Virus record (IMG/VR): IMGVR_UViG_3300022748_000007
DNA: 49,492 nucleotides
DNA from: a virus
Reading direction: 5' to 3' (one strand)
Shown: positions 1 through 9,390 of the stretch, piece by piece
Numbering within the stretch: position 1 is the first letter of the stretch
Layout: each line of letters opens with the position of its first letter
Program-made: the position numbers and the translations under genes
Notes under the pieces: generated by a model
Seen by the model: the letters and a program-made list of their open reading frames with translations, nothing else
Told to the model about the DNA's origin: nothing
Databases searched by the model: none

Positions 1-127
1 GGTAACACAACGGTTTCCAAGTCCGTTGTCTGGGGTTCGATTCCCTATCGGGATGCCAATGGATGAGCTGAGCACTGGCGAGCTCAAGTGGCTGTAACCC
101 ACCCGTTCATTCTGTGTTGGTTCAACT
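1..127. repeat. Exact 127-bp duplicate of the window end (49366..49492). Circular-assembly overlap; unique genome length 49365 bp
   Basis: Read directly: bases 1-127 (ggtaacacaacgg...gttggttcaact) recur verbatim at 49366-49492. The boundary cuts through two tRNA genes, so it is not a natural end. Confidence 0.9.
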
Positions 128-143
128 CCAACCTCATCCACCA
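61..143 (+). tRNA. tRNA-Tyr (anticodon GTA), type II with long variable region
   Basis: Manual cloverleaf, 83 nt. Acceptor GGATGAG/CTCATCC (7 bp). D arm GAGC-ACTGGCGA-GCTC. Anticodon arm AGTGG-CTGTAAC-CCACC (GTA flanked by T33 and A37). 12-nt variable region. T arm GTTGG-TTCAACT-CCAAC. Discriminator A, encoded CCA. The first 67 nt are duplicated at 49426-49492 by the overlap. Confidence 0.8.
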
Positions 144-163
144 ATTTTTGTCCAAGAGGATAT

Positions 164-814
164 ATGGCTTTAACTGATAACGAAAAAACAAAAGATCGTA
201 AACCAAAGATACGTTCTGTTGACGCGGGAACTAATCGTTCCTGGTCAGACAAACAAAAGATTGAAGCTGTTCAGTCTTACCTACTTTTAGGCAATCTTGC
301 GCTTACGTCTAGAATTCTTAAAATTCCTGAAATTACCCTCCGTGTGTGGAAAACCACCGAATGGTGGAAGAATGTTGTTGATGACCTACGGCAGCAAGAG
401 TCCATGGAAATGTCAGGACGTCTGCGTAAAATCGTAGATGCTAGCCTGGTGGCTGTCGAAGATCGGTTGCTCAATGGCGACCTGATGTATGACAACAAAA
501 CAGGTCAAATGGTGCGTAAGCCTGTGAACATGCGTGATGCTCACAAGGTTGCTGTTGACCTCATGGACAAGAAAAAGCTTCTTGATAAAGAGGCCACAGA
601 CGGTCCTGTTGAAGCTCAAGAGGATGACCGCTTGCTTAAGTTGGCTGAGAAGTTTGCTAGCTTTGTGCAACAAAAGATTGATAAACCCGTCGAGATTATT
701 GACGTGGAAGACGTAGAAATAAAGCAGGATAATTCAGAGGCAGAAGGTCAGGCTCATAACCTGAAAGTCGAGGGTTTGAGTCCCTCTCCTGCAACCAATA
801 TTGAGGAACAGTAA
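164..814 (+). CDS. Putative small terminase subunit (HTH-containing)
   Basis: 216 aa. AGAGGA lies 5 nt upstream of the ATG. HTH-like segment LGNLALTSRILKIPEITLRVW. First gene of the late arm, upstream of terL. Function assigned by position only. Confidence 0.5.
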   Translation: MALTDNEKTKDRKPKIRSVDAGTNRSWSDKQKIEAVQSYLLLGNLALTSRILKIPEITLRVWKTTEWWKNVVDDLRQQESMEMSGRLRKIVDASLVAVEDRLLNGDLMYDNKTGQMVRKPVNMRDAHKVAVDLMDKKKLLDKEATDGPVEAQEDDRLLKLAEKFASFVQQKIDKPVEIIDVEDVEIKQDNSEAEGQAHNLKVEGLSPSPATNIEEQ

Positions 815-1122
815 TGCCTTACATGAAAGATGGCAAGCGCGACTACAAACGTGAAAACGCTTTGTACAACTCTCGCCCAGAACAAATTAAAGCTCGCTCA
901 GAACGCACAACTCTGCGTCGTGAAGCCAACGCTAAAGGCATCACCCACAAGGGTGACGGAAAAGATTTAGACCATGTCAAACCTCTCTCTAAGGGTGGAG
1001 CAAACACTCTGTCCAATGCCAGAGCCACAACCAAGTCTGCTAACCGCAGCTTTAGCCGCAACGCCGACGGAAGCTTGCGTAACCAACAATCCACCCGCGA
1101 ACGTAAAAGTACACGGAAATGA
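814..1122 (+). CDS. HNH (His-Me finger) endonuclease associated with the terminase
   Basis: 102 aa. The start overlaps the upstream stop (TAATG). Core motif DLDHVKPLSKGGANTLSN. Wedged between the terS-like gene and terL. Confidence 0.65.
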   Translation: MPYMKDGKRDYKRENALYNSRPEQIKARSERTTLRREANAKGITHKGDGKDLDHVKPLSKGGANTLSNARATTKSANRSFSRNADGSLRNQQSTRERKSTRK

Positions 1123-2642
1123 ATGTTGCTCTAACAGCGGATGTAGTACAGGGTTTTGTTGGGAGTGTATTATCATCTCGTTTTGATGGTCGTAGTAGCT
1201 CCCCAGACTTCCATCGTGAATGTTGGGAACTCTGCTGTTCCAATGAAAAGTTTGTAGCCATTGCTGCACCTCGTGGTCATGCTAAAAGTACAGGCGTAAC
1301 GCTAGGGTATGGTTTAGCCACGCTTCTCTTCCGAGAGCGTAAATTCATGCTTCTTGTTTCAGATACAGAAGCTCAGGCCAGTTTGTTCCTTGGAACATTT
1401 AAACAAGAACTTCAAGACAATCAAGAACTCATTGACTTGTTTGGTTTGAAGCGTAACGAAAAAGGTTTGGTTCAGTTTGTCAAAGACACTGAAACAGACA
1501 TTATAGTTGAGTGTACGGACGGACATAAGTTCAGGATTATTGCTAAGGGAGCGGAACAGAAGCTTCGTGGATTAATCTGGAACGGGTCGCGTCCGGACAT
1601 CATTATGTGTGATGACATGGAAAACGATGAACTTGTTATGAACAAGGAACGTCGTGAAAAGATGCGTAAATGGTTTAAGGGTGCTCTCTTGCCATGTCGC
1701 TCTGACCGTGGTATTGTTCGCATGGTAGGAACCATCCTGCATGCTGACAGTTTGCTAGAACGCATGATGCCCAATCCATCTGACAAGATGACGGTGGTTG
1801 AAGAACTTAAACAATACTCCAAGCGTAAGAGCATGTGGAAGTCGGTTAAATACCGTGCCCACAACTCTGACTTTTCTAAGCTCCTATGGGCCTCTAAGAA
1901 GTCTGCAACAGAGTTTAAGATGCTATATGAGGAAGCTGTCAAAGACGGCACTACAGACATCTACAGTCAGGAATACTTGAATGAGCCAATTGATGAATCC
2001 GTGTCATTCTTCAAAAAGGGAGACTTTCTCCCCATCACAGAAGATGACCGTAAGGCTCGCCTCAATTATTACATTACTGCCGACTTGGCTATTTCAGAAA
2101 CTGAGAAGGCTGACTTCTCCGTGTTTGTCATTGCTGGAGTTGACGAAGATAAAATTATTCACACAAAGAACGTGATTCGTGAGCGTATGGATGGTAAGGA
2201 AATTGTTGATACATTTCTAGCCCTTCAGAAGCTTTACGACCCTGTTGCCATTGGTGTTGAGGACATGCAAATTTCCAAAGCTATTGGCCCGTTTCTGCGT
2301 GAAGAGATGATTAAACAAAACGTCTTCATAACACTCATGCCTTTGAAGCATGGGGGTAAAGATAAGACCACACGAGCTAGAAGCGTACAGGCGCGTTTAC
2401 GTGCTCATGGCATGAAGTTTGACAAAGAAGGTGATTGGTATCCCATCTTTGAAAATGAATGTCTTGCTTTCCCTCGTGGTAAGCATGATGACCAAGTTGA
2501 CGCTTTTGCCTATCTTGGACTGATGCTTGACCAGCTTATTGAAGCTCCCACCAAGGAAGAGTTTGAAGAAGAAGAATACTTTGATGAGTTGCAAAACTCC
2601 GATTTAAACAACCAAGGACGCGACTCCTACACAGGATATTAA
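1119..2642 (+). CDS. terL: Terminase large subunit
   Basis: 507 aa with an ATGA overlap. Walker A-like AAPRGHAKST and Walker B IIMCDDMEND. C-terminal nuclease-type acidic motif GKHDDQVDA. Portal gene follows. Confidence 0.9.
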   Translation: MNVALTADVVQGFVGSVLSSRFDGRSSSPDFHRECWELCCSNEKFVAIAAPRGHAKSTGVTLGYGLATLLFRERKFMLLVSDTEAQASLFLGTFKQELQDNQELIDLFGLKRNEKGLVQFVKDTETDIIVECTDGHKFRIIAKGAEQKLRGLIWNGSRPDIIMCDDMENDELVMNKERREKMRKWFKGALLPCRSDRGIVRMVGTILHADSLLERMMPNPSDKMTVVEELKQYSKRKSMWKSVKYRAHNSDFSKLLWASKKSATEFKMLYEEAVKDGTTDIYSQEYLNEPIDESVSFFKKGDFLPITEDDRKARLNYYITADLAISETEKADFSVFVIAGVDEDKIIHTKNVIRERMDGKEIVDTFLALQKLYDPVAIGVEDMQISKAIGPFLREEMIKQNVFITLMPLKHGGKDKTTRARSVQARLRAHGMKFDKEGDWYPIFENECLAFPRGKHDDQVDAFAYLGLMLDQLIEAPTKEEFEEEEYFDELQNSDLNNQGRDSYTGY

Positions 2643-4661
2643 ATGGACGAACAACAAAAACCTTTGGCAGCCATGCTGGAAAGCGTGAACATTGCCGAAT
2701 CGCTGGATGAAGGAAAGCTTACAACGATTGGACGAGATGCTGAAAAAGGTTATGTCCTTGACCATGAATCTCGCCTTGATTGGGAAAAGCATATTGATGA
2801 ATGGACTAAGCTTGCAAAGCAAACGATTGAGCCGAAAACTTATCCTTGGCCTAAAGCGTCTAACATTAAATATCCACTTCTCTCTACGGCTGCTATGCAG
2901 TTTGCTGCTAGGGCTTACCCTTCTCTTGTCCCGTCGAATGGGAAGATTGTAAACGCTAAAGTTATTGGTAAAGACCCAGATGGGGCTAAGCACCAAGTAG
3001 CAGAAGCTGTTTCCATGTACATGTCTTACCAGTTGCTGGAAGAAATGGACTCTTGGGAAGAGGAAATGGATAAATTGCTCATCATGCTCCCTATTGTGGG
3101 CACGATGTTCAAGAAAACTTATTGGGACCCGCTTAAAGAAGCCAACTGCTCGCATCTGGTGATGCCTAAAAACCTCGTAGTTAACTACTGGGCACGTAGT
3201 TTGGCAGATGCTGAGCGTATTTCCGAGGTACTGGAAGTATCTCCTCGTAAAATTAAAGAACGCCAACAAAGTGGTTTGTGGTTGGATGTCGAATTTGGTA
3301 AGCCTGTTGTCCAAATGGACGGCAAACAAGGCCCAACAGTTATTGACGACACTACCCCACACATCTTTATTGAGCAACATACGTTCCTTGACTTGGATGA
3401 TGATGGCTACAAAGAGCCTTACATCGTTACATTCCACAAGGAAACTAAGAAAGTAGTCAGAATTGTCGCACGTTTCGACGAAACTACCATCAAAATGGAT
3501 GCTGAGGGAGGTATTCGCAAGATTGACCCCATTCAGTATTATACTAAGTTTGGGTTTATTCCTAATCCTGATGGCGGATTCTATGATATCGGCTTTGGTG
3601 TCCTTCTTGGTCCACTCAACCATAGTGTAAACACCCTAATTAACCAGCTTTTGGACGCAGGACACTTGGCTACGTTGCAAGCAGGCTTCTTGGGTAAAGG
3701 TTTGCGCATTAAAATGGGTGATACCAAGTTTATGCCGGGCGAATGGAAAGCTGTTAACTCAACAGGTGATGACCTGAAGAAGCAGATTGTTCCATTACCA
3801 ACAAAAGAACCTAGTTCTGTGCTGTTCCAGCTTATGGGTAGCCTCATTACCTCGGGTAAAGAGCTTGCTTCTGTTGCTGAAATCTTCACAGGCAAAATGC
3901 CGGGTCAAAATACTCCTGCAACCACCACCATGGCTACTGTTGAACAGGGCATGAAGGTGTTTACTGCGGTGTATAAGCGTTTGTACCGAGCTCTTACCGA
4001 GGAATTCCTCAAGCTTGCTCGATTGAATAACCTGTATCTCAATCCCAACACCTATGTTGACATTGTGGATATGGAAATCAACCCAGACGACTTTGACCTG
4101 ACAACACATAAAATTTATCCTGCCGCTGACCCCACTGCAGTGTCTCAAACTGAGAAACTATTAAAGGCACAAGGCTTGATGGAACTGCTCCCAACAGGTA
4201 TCTTAGACCCTGTTAAAGTGGTTCAACGTATTTTGGATGCACAAGAACAGCCAAACTGGCAAGAACTCATTAAACCTGAGATTATGCAAAGTGGTCAAAT
4301 GCCTCCTCCCCCTCCAGACCCCAAGATGCTAGAATTGCAGATGAAAGGTCAACTGGAAGGTCAAAAGATTCAAATGCAAGGAGCAGCGCTTCAGCATAAG
4401 ATGGAGCTAGAAGCTCACGATAAACAAGTTCAACTCGCTATGAAGCAAGAAGAGCATGCACAAAACATGCAACATGCTGCTGACATGGCGAATATTAAGG
4501 CTGCAGAAGCCGTACATTCTGGTCGAGTCCATTCTGCTACAGAGCAGGCTGGTTTTATCCAGAAACTGGTGCACACTGATGCACAACATCAGCAGAAGAT
4601 GCACCATGCACGACAAGCTGCAGCTCAAACGGCTAAGAAGCCATCAAAAGGAGCTAAATGA
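2643..4661 (+). CDS. Portal (head-tail connector) protein
   Basis: 672 aa, immediately after terL. Size and the N-terminal YPWPKASNIKYPLL pattern fit podovirus connectors. Q/H/K-rich low-complexity C-terminus. Confidence 0.8.
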   Translation: MDEQQKPLAAMLESVNIAESLDEGKLTTIGRDAEKGYVLDHESRLDWEKHIDEWTKLAKQTIEPKTYPWPKASNIKYPLLSTAAMQFAARAYPSLVPSNGKIVNAKVIGKDPDGAKHQVAEAVSMYMSYQLLEEMDSWEEEMDKLLIMLPIVGTMFKKTYWDPLKEANCSHLVMPKNLVVNYWARSLADAERISEVLEVSPRKIKERQQSGLWLDVEFGKPVVQMDGKQGPTVIDDTTPHIFIEQHTFLDLDDDGYKEPYIVTFHKETKKVVRIVARFDETTIKMDAEGGIRKIDPIQYYTKFGFIPNPDGGFYDIGFGVLLGPLNHSVNTLINQLLDAGHLATLQAGFLGKGLRIKMGDTKFMPGEWKAVNSTGDDLKKQIVPLPTKEPSSVLFQLMGSLITSGKELASVAEIFTGKMPGQNTPATTTMATVEQGMKVFTAVYKRLYRALTEEFLKLARLNNLYLNPNTYVDIVDMEINPDDFDLTTHKIYPAADPTAVSQTEKLLKAQGLMELLPTGILDPVKVVQRILDAQEQPNWQELIKPEIMQSGQMPPPPPDPKMLELQMKGQLEGQKIQMQGAALQHKMELEAHDKQVQLAMKQEEHAQNMQHAADMANIKAAEAVHSGRVHSATEQAGFIQKLVHTDAQHQQKMHHARQAAAQTAKKPSKGAK

Positions 4662-4873
4662 CAAAGAGTGAATATATTGATTGGAAAGGCCACCCAGTAA
4701 CGCTGGAGGTCTTCCGTCAAATTCAACGTCGAATTAACGATTTGCAAGAGATGCTAGGCGAATCAGCAGGAGCTGACCCTCGCCAAGACGCAGTTTTTGT
4801 TGGCGCAATAAAAGCGTACAAAGACCTCGTCACTATCGATTTCTACGACGAAGAACAAGAGGAGTCTCTATGA
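4658..4873 (+). CDS. Hypothetical head-module protein
   Basis: 71 aa. ATGA overlap with the portal stop. Acidic C-terminus. Confidence 0.55.
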   Translation: MTKSEYIDWKGHPVTLEVFRQIQRRINDLQEMLGESAGADPRQDAVFVGAIKAYKDLVTIDFYDEEQEESL

Positions 4874-5196
4874 TTAAACCCACTCTACACCGGATTCTTG
4901 TCAAAGCTGACAAGCTGGAAGAGACAGACAAAACTTATGTGAAAGCTACGTCGTTAGGCCTAGTGCTACCGGAGCATGAAGATAAGAAACGAGCGCAAGC
5001 AGGTGTCGATAAGGGACGTGTTGTGGCAATTGGCCCAACAGCCTTTCGAGACTTTAACACAACTTCCCCAATTGAGGTTGGTGACTACATTGCATATGCC
5101 CGCTTTGCAGGCAAAACTGTAGAAGACCCCTATACTCAGGAAGAATTTGTAGCATTGAACGATGAAGACATTGTCTGTGTCTTCCATCAAGAATAA
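4870..5196 (+). CDS. GroES-like co-chaperonin
   Basis: 108 aa. Aligns by eye with GroES over its full length (IKPTLHRILVK, GLVLP, GRVVAIGP, IEVGDYI, EDIVCV). Confidence 0.75.
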   Translation: MIKPTLHRILVKADKLEETDKTYVKATSLGLVLPEHEDKKRAQAGVDKGRVVAIGPTAFRDFNTTSPIEVGDYIAYARFAGKTVEDPYTQEEFVALNDEDIVCVFHQE

Positions 5197-5208
5197 GGAG
5201 GCCCTTAG

Positions 5209-5997
5209 ATGGCTGAAGAAATTAAAGACGCAACCCCAGCGGTTGACACCACCCCATCAAATGAACCAGAAGTTAAACTGTCTGCTGCCGAAGAAAAGGC
5301 AATGGAACAGGGCTGGGTTCCTGAAGACCAATGGGAAGGTGACCCTGAACAATGGCGACCAGCTAAAGAATTTCTGGACCGCGGTGAATTGTTTAAAAAG
5401 ATTGAGGACCAAAACCGTACGATTAAAGAATTTAAACGTGCGTTAGATGACCTCAAAGGCCACCATGCTAAAACGCGTGAAACAGAATACGCACGAGCAT
5501 TGGCTACCCTCAAAGCACAGAAACGTGCTGCACTTGAAGAGGGTGATGCGGCGGCTGTGATTCAGTTGGATGATGAAATTGACCTCGTTAAAGACGAGCA
5601 AAACAAACTCAAACAACGTGATGTACAGCAAACCGAAGTTGACGTCAATCCCGAATTTGCTTCTTGGGTTGACAAAAATAAATGGTATGAGACCAACGAG
5701 CCTATGAAAGCCTACGCTGATGCGCTAGGTCGTAGTTTGGCAGTTAAGGGTATGAGCCCATCGGCTGTTCTACAGGAAGTCGAAAAACAGGTTAAGTTGG
5801 AGTTCCCAAATAAATTTACTAATCCTAACCGTAACAAGCCGGGTGCAGTAGAGGGTAGTTCTAACAAAGGCGGCAAGAGTTCTGGTGAAGTCTCTTTGTC
5901 CGATGAAGAGCGTCGAGTGATGCAACGCTTTGTCCGTACGGGTGTAATGACTGAAAAAGATTACATTGCGGAATTGCGTAAAATTAAAGGAGTTTAA
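5209..5997 (+). CDS. Putative scaffolding protein
   Basis: 262 aa with an AGGAGG RBS. Acidic and coiled-coil-like. Lies between the portal and capsid genes. Confidence 0.5.
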   Translation: MAEEIKDATPAVDTTPSNEPEVKLSAAEEKAMEQGWVPEDQWEGDPEQWRPAKEFLDRGELFKKIEDQNRTIKEFKRALDDLKGHHAKTRETEYARALATLKAQKRAALEEGDAAAVIQLDDEIDLVKDEQNKLKQRDVQQTEVDVNPEFASWVDKNKWYETNEPMKAYADALGRSLAVKGMSPSAVLQEVEKQVKLEFPNKFTNPNRNKPGAVEGSSNKGGKSSGEVSLSDEERRVMQRFVRTGVMTEKDYIAELRKIKGV

Positions 5998-5998
5998 T

Positions 5999-6409
5999 AT
6001 GAGTGACATTAAAGAAGCAATTGCGAAAGCACCGAGAGGTCGTACGCAGCGTGTTCCCGTCGGTACACGAAATGTTCTAACAGTAGCTGGCAAAGACGCC
6101 AATTACGAATACCGAGTGATTAATGACTCTGGAGACAGGGTGCAGGAATTTTTGGATGCTGGCTATGAGCTGGTTGAAAATAGTTCTGTGAGGGTGGGTG
6201 ATAAACGAGTTAACTCTGCTTCGTCAGAAGGCTCCGTATCACAGATTTCTGTCGGACAAGGCCAAAAGGCTTTCGTCGTACGCATCAAAAAAGAATGGTA
6301 CGAGGAAGACCAAGCTCGCAAGCAAATTAAGGTCAATGAGATGGAAAACGCCACCAAAGCAAAAGCTCTTGATGGTACTTATGGTAAGCTCGAAATTACT
6401 CGAAGCTAA
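5999..6409 (+). CDS. Hypothetical head-module protein
   Basis: 136 aa. I chose the ATG at 5999, preceded by AAAGGAG. The track ORF starts at 5966, inside the upstream gene. Confidence 0.6.
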   Translation: MSDIKEAIAKAPRGRTQRVPVGTRNVLTVAGKDANYEYRVINDSGDRVQEFLDAGYELVENSSVRVGDKRVNSASSEGSVSQISVGQGQKAFVVRIKKEWYEEDQARKQIKVNEMENATKAKALDGTYGKLEITRS

Positions 6410-6461
6410 ATAACAATTAAGTGCCGTTGGGAATTACCTATTTTATTATGGAGAATTGCTA

Positions 6462-7085
6462 ATGGCAAGTGTATCTCGTGCTAACGGGTTCCGTCCCGTT
6501 AAAACAGTGACTGGTGCGGCCTATAACGGTCAAGCCAACGTGTATTTTGTTCCCTCTACCGATTCCACCGTGATTATGGTTGGTGACGCAGTTAAGCTCG
6601 CAGGCGATGCCCGCGCTGCTACTGGTGCTCCTACTGTGACACGTGCTGGCGCTACTGATGTGCCAGTGGGTATCGTTGTGGGTATTTTGTTTACAGGCGT
6701 CGGTGACCTCACCAACATGCCTCCAGTTAACGATTTGAACACTCCGGTTTACCGTCGTGCTTCTACAGACCGTTATCTCTTGGTGTGTGATGACCCTAAC
6801 GTCGTGTATGAAGTTCAGTATGCTGGTACTTCCGTGGCTGCTGCTACAATCACTGCAAACGTTGGTTTGAACGGTCAGTTCACCACTACTGCAGGTAGCA
6901 CATCTTCTGGTGCTTCTGGTATGCAACTCGACAGCTCTGGTCTTGCAACCACTGCTACCCTTCCTATCAAGATTGTTGGTTTCCCTAACCGTCCTGATAA
7001 TATCCCCGGCGATACATACTTCAGCTATTTCGTGAAACTCAATGGTTCCACAAACAGCTCTGGTACTGGTCAGGCTGGCGTTTAA
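6462..7085 (+). CDS. Head structural protein (possible capsid decoration protein)
   Basis: 207 aa. The ATG at 6462 lies 7 nt after GGAGA (the track start at 6456 is TTG). A/G/T/V-rich, beta-type sequence directly upstream of the major capsid gene. Confidence 0.55.
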   Translation: MASVSRANGFRPVKTVTGAAYNGQANVYFVPSTDSTVIMVGDAVKLAGDARAATGAPTVTRAGATDVPVGIVVGILFTGVGDLTNMPPVNDLNTPVYRRASTDRYLLVCDDPNVVYEVQYAGTSVAAATITANVGLNGQFTTTAGSTSSGASGMQLDSSGLATTATLPIKIVGFPNRPDNIPGDTYFSYFVKLNGSTNSSGTGQAGV

Positions 7086-7105
7086 TTTTAAAGGAAAGGT
7101 AGAAT

Positions 7106-8014
7106 ATGTCTATTATTAATAGTGGCTCGTTTGCCAAAGCACTATGGCCCGGCGTTAACGCTTGGTATGGTAAAGCGTACGACGAGTATGCAACAGAGTA
7201 TGACAAGTTGTTCGACAAGTTCAACAGCTCTAAAGCGTTTGAAGAAGACGTCGGTATTTCTTCGTTTGGTCTCGCCCAACAAAAGGGTGAAGGTGCTGGC
7301 ATTTCTTATGACAGCGAAAAGCAAGCATTCACAACTCGCTATCAACACGCCGTGTTCGCACTGGGCTTTATCATCACTCGTGAGATGATGGAAGATGACC
7401 AGTACGACGTGGTTGGTCAACGTAAAGCTCAAGGCCTCGCCTTCTCTATGCGTCAGACTAAAGAAGTGTTGGGTGCTAACGTGTACAACCGTGCTTTCAA
7501 CAGCTCTTACACTGGTGGTGATGGTAGTTCTTTGATTGCTAGCAACCATGCTAACATCAAGGGTGGTACTTGGTCTAACCAAATCGCTACTGCCGCTGAC
7601 TTGTCAGAAGCTGCATTGGAACAAGCATGTATCGACATCGCTGGTTTCACTAACGATGCTGGTTTGCTGATTGCTGTGAAGCCTGAGACGTTGGTTATCC
7701 CTCGTCAACAAATCTTCGAAGCAAAGCGTATCTTGGGTTCTGATGGTCGCGTTGGCACTGACAACAACGACTTGAACGCTATCAAAGCTGCTGGTTTGAT
7801 CCCTGAAGTGGTTGTTAACCACTACTTGACTGACCCAGATGCTTGGTTCATCCGTACAAACGTGCCACACGGCATGAAGTACTTTGAGCGTCGTGCTGAC
7901 CAGTTCGACATGGACAACGATTGGGATACTGAGAACGCTAAGTTCAAAGCCACTGCTCGTTACAGCTTCGGCTGGACCGATCCTCGTGGTCTGTACGGTT
8001 CGCAAGGCGCCTAA
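7106..8014 (+). CDS. Major capsid protein
   Basis: 302 aa with RBS AAAGGAAAGG. Position and size fit an HK97-fold capsid protein. An intrinsic terminator follows. Confidence 0.75.
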   Translation: MSIINSGSFAKALWPGVNAWYGKAYDEYATEYDKLFDKFNSSKAFEEDVGISSFGLAQQKGEGAGISYDSEKQAFTTRYQHAVFALGFIITREMMEDDQYDVVGQRKAQGLAFSMRQTKEVLGANVYNRAFNSSYTGGDGSSLIASNHANIKGGTWSNQIATAADLSEAALEQACIDIAGFTNDAGLLIAVKPETLVIPRQQIFEAKRILGSDGRVGTDNNDLNAIKAAGLIPEVVVNHYLTDPDAWFIRTNVPHGMKYFERRADQFDMDNDWDTENAKFKATARYSFGWTDPRGLYGSQGA

Positions 8015-8021
8015 TTAACCT

Positions 8022-8045
8022 GGGGGGACTTGTTCCCCCTTTTAT
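8022..8045 (+). terminator. Intrinsic terminator after the capsid gene
   Basis: GGGGGA-cttgt-TCCCCC hairpin followed by TTTTAT. Confidence 0.7.
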
Positions 8046-8056
8046 AAGGAATTAAT

Positions 8057-8488
8057 ATGGGTTTTCGCACTTCCGACATCACTCCAATCAGCGCCCTCGG
8101 CCCTACAGTTCTTATCCCTACATCGAAAGACGTAGTCGTTAAGAGCTTTAAGGTTTCACGCACTGAAACTACAGCCGTTAAGAAAGCTGTGTTGCCTGCT
8201 GATGCTTCCATTTTGGAAGTCATCGTCAATGGTAGCACTGCCTCTGATGCGTCATCTACAGCTACTGTGACTATCACCGCTGCTGACAATACTGGTACCA
8301 TCTCAAGTGGTACTTATAACGTCAAAACCAACGGTGCTGTTACAGGATTTGTGACTATGTCTGGTCTGCCTAACTTGCAACCAAGTCCCTTGACTGGTGA
8401 CATTGCAATTAGCGCAGTCTATGCAGAAACAGGCACTGCCAGCACAACTGGCGGCGACTGGTACGTAACGATTAAATACGTTCGTTAA
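8057..8488 (+). CDS. Hypothetical virion protein
   Basis: 143 aa with RBS AAGGA. T/S/A/V-rich. Confidence 0.6.
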   Translation: MGFRTSDITPISALGPTVLIPTSKDVVVKSFKVSRTETTAVKKAVLPADASILEVIVNGSTASDASSTATVTITAADNTGTISSGTYNVKTNGAVTGFVTMSGLPNLQPSPLTGDIAISAVYAETGTASTTGGDWYVTIKYVR

Positions 8489-8492
8489 TGGG

Positions 8493-8516
8493 GAGGGGCT
8501 ACGGCCCCTTTCTTGT
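8493..8516 (+). terminator. Weak intrinsic terminator or attenuator
   Basis: AGGGGC-tacg-GCCCCT hairpin followed by a T-rich tail (TTCTTGTATT). Confidence 0.4.
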
Positions 8517-8561
8517 ATTGGGAGCTGGTAAAGCTTCCGTCTTTGGTAAAAGGAAAATAAA

Positions 8562-8912
8562 ATGGCTGGTTCTAACGTATGGGTCAAATGCGGCAAGGTT
8601 TATAACCTCACCCCTGACGCCGGTGTCACCGCAACAGGTGCACAAACACGAATTTATAAAGACAGTCCCTATGCTACATTTCAAGCATATGGTACTACTG
8701 CTAGCGGCTCTGGTTCTGCTACAATTAAAATCCAAGGCAGTAATTTGGATGATGCCAACTCCTATGTGGACTTGGGCACAATTACTTTAACACTTGGTAC
8801 AACTCTTTCTGCTGATGGTTTCTCTACATCAGCTCCTTGGAAATATGTACGTGCAAACGTAACAGCAATTTCTGGTACAACTGCTACCGTTAACGTTTTG
8901 ATGGGAGTGTAA
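8562..8912 (+). CDS. Hypothetical virion protein
   Basis: 116 aa with RBS AAAGGAAAA. Confidence 0.6.
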   Translation: MAGSNVWVKCGKVYNLTPDAGVTATGAQTRIYKDSPYATFQAYGTTASGSGSATIKIQGSNLDDANSYVDLGTITLTLGTTLSADGFSTSAPWKYVRANVTAISGTTATVNVLMGV

Positions 8913-8913
8913 T

Positions 8914-9387
8914 ATGTCCGTCGTAACTAACGATCAAGCTGCTGGCTACCCTACAATCTATTGCAATGCTAAGACAAACGCCGCTGTTATGACTAACGGC
9001 TTAGAGATATTTACCACTACAGGTGATGTCTTGGTGTTTGCTATCTTGTCAGAGTGCTATACTGCTAACGGTGCTACAGCATCTACATTGCAGTATTCTG
9101 CTACAAACAACACAACTACAACCTCACAAACAATGTCAGGTGCATCTGCTTCGTTGGCAAACGCTGCACAAGGTGTATCAGTAATTGCTCAATTGGGTGC
9201 TTTGGCTAACGCTCCTACAGTGTCTAACGCTGCTGGTGTTGGTGTATTCCCATGGGGAGCTGTTCGCGTCCCTGGTGGTAGTTCTATTAAGCTTGTTGTA
9301 GGCGTTGGTTCTACTACAGGTACATGGAAACATTACATTCACTGGCAACCCCTTGAACAAGGTGCAGTTGTCGTTCCTTCCTTCTAA
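8914..9387 (+). CDS. Hypothetical virion protein
   Basis: 157 aa. GGAG upstream. Starts 2 nt after the previous stop. Confidence 0.6.
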   Translation: MSVVTNDQAAGYPTIYCNAKTNAAVMTNGLEIFTTTGDVLVFAILSECYTANGATASTLQYSATNNTTTTSQTMSGASASLANAAQGVSVIAQLGALANAPTVSNAAGVGVFPWGAVRVPGGSSIKLVVGVGSTTGTWKHYIHWQPLEQGAVVVPSF

Positions 9388-9390
9388 CCT

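Noticed and set aside
1-127. The 127-bp repeat read as a biological direct terminal repeat
   Set aside because: It bisects two tRNA genes and has exactly the length of a typical assembler k-mer. It is more likely a circularisation artefact.
2604-3623. Long antisense ORFs in the track: 2604..3623 (339 aa), 14221..14820, 17352..18137, 19177..19875, 21805..22476, 29882..30745, 39689..40198, 40280..40828, 43325..43828 and many shorter ones
   Set aside because: Each lies entirely opposite a gene with recognisable motifs or coherent operon context. They lack RBSs and have odd composition (Cys/Ser/His-rich). They are shadow ORFs.
8488-8790. 100-aa + strand ORF overlapping 8562..8912
   Set aside because: It starts inside a terminator hairpin, has no RBS, and overlaps a better-supported gene.
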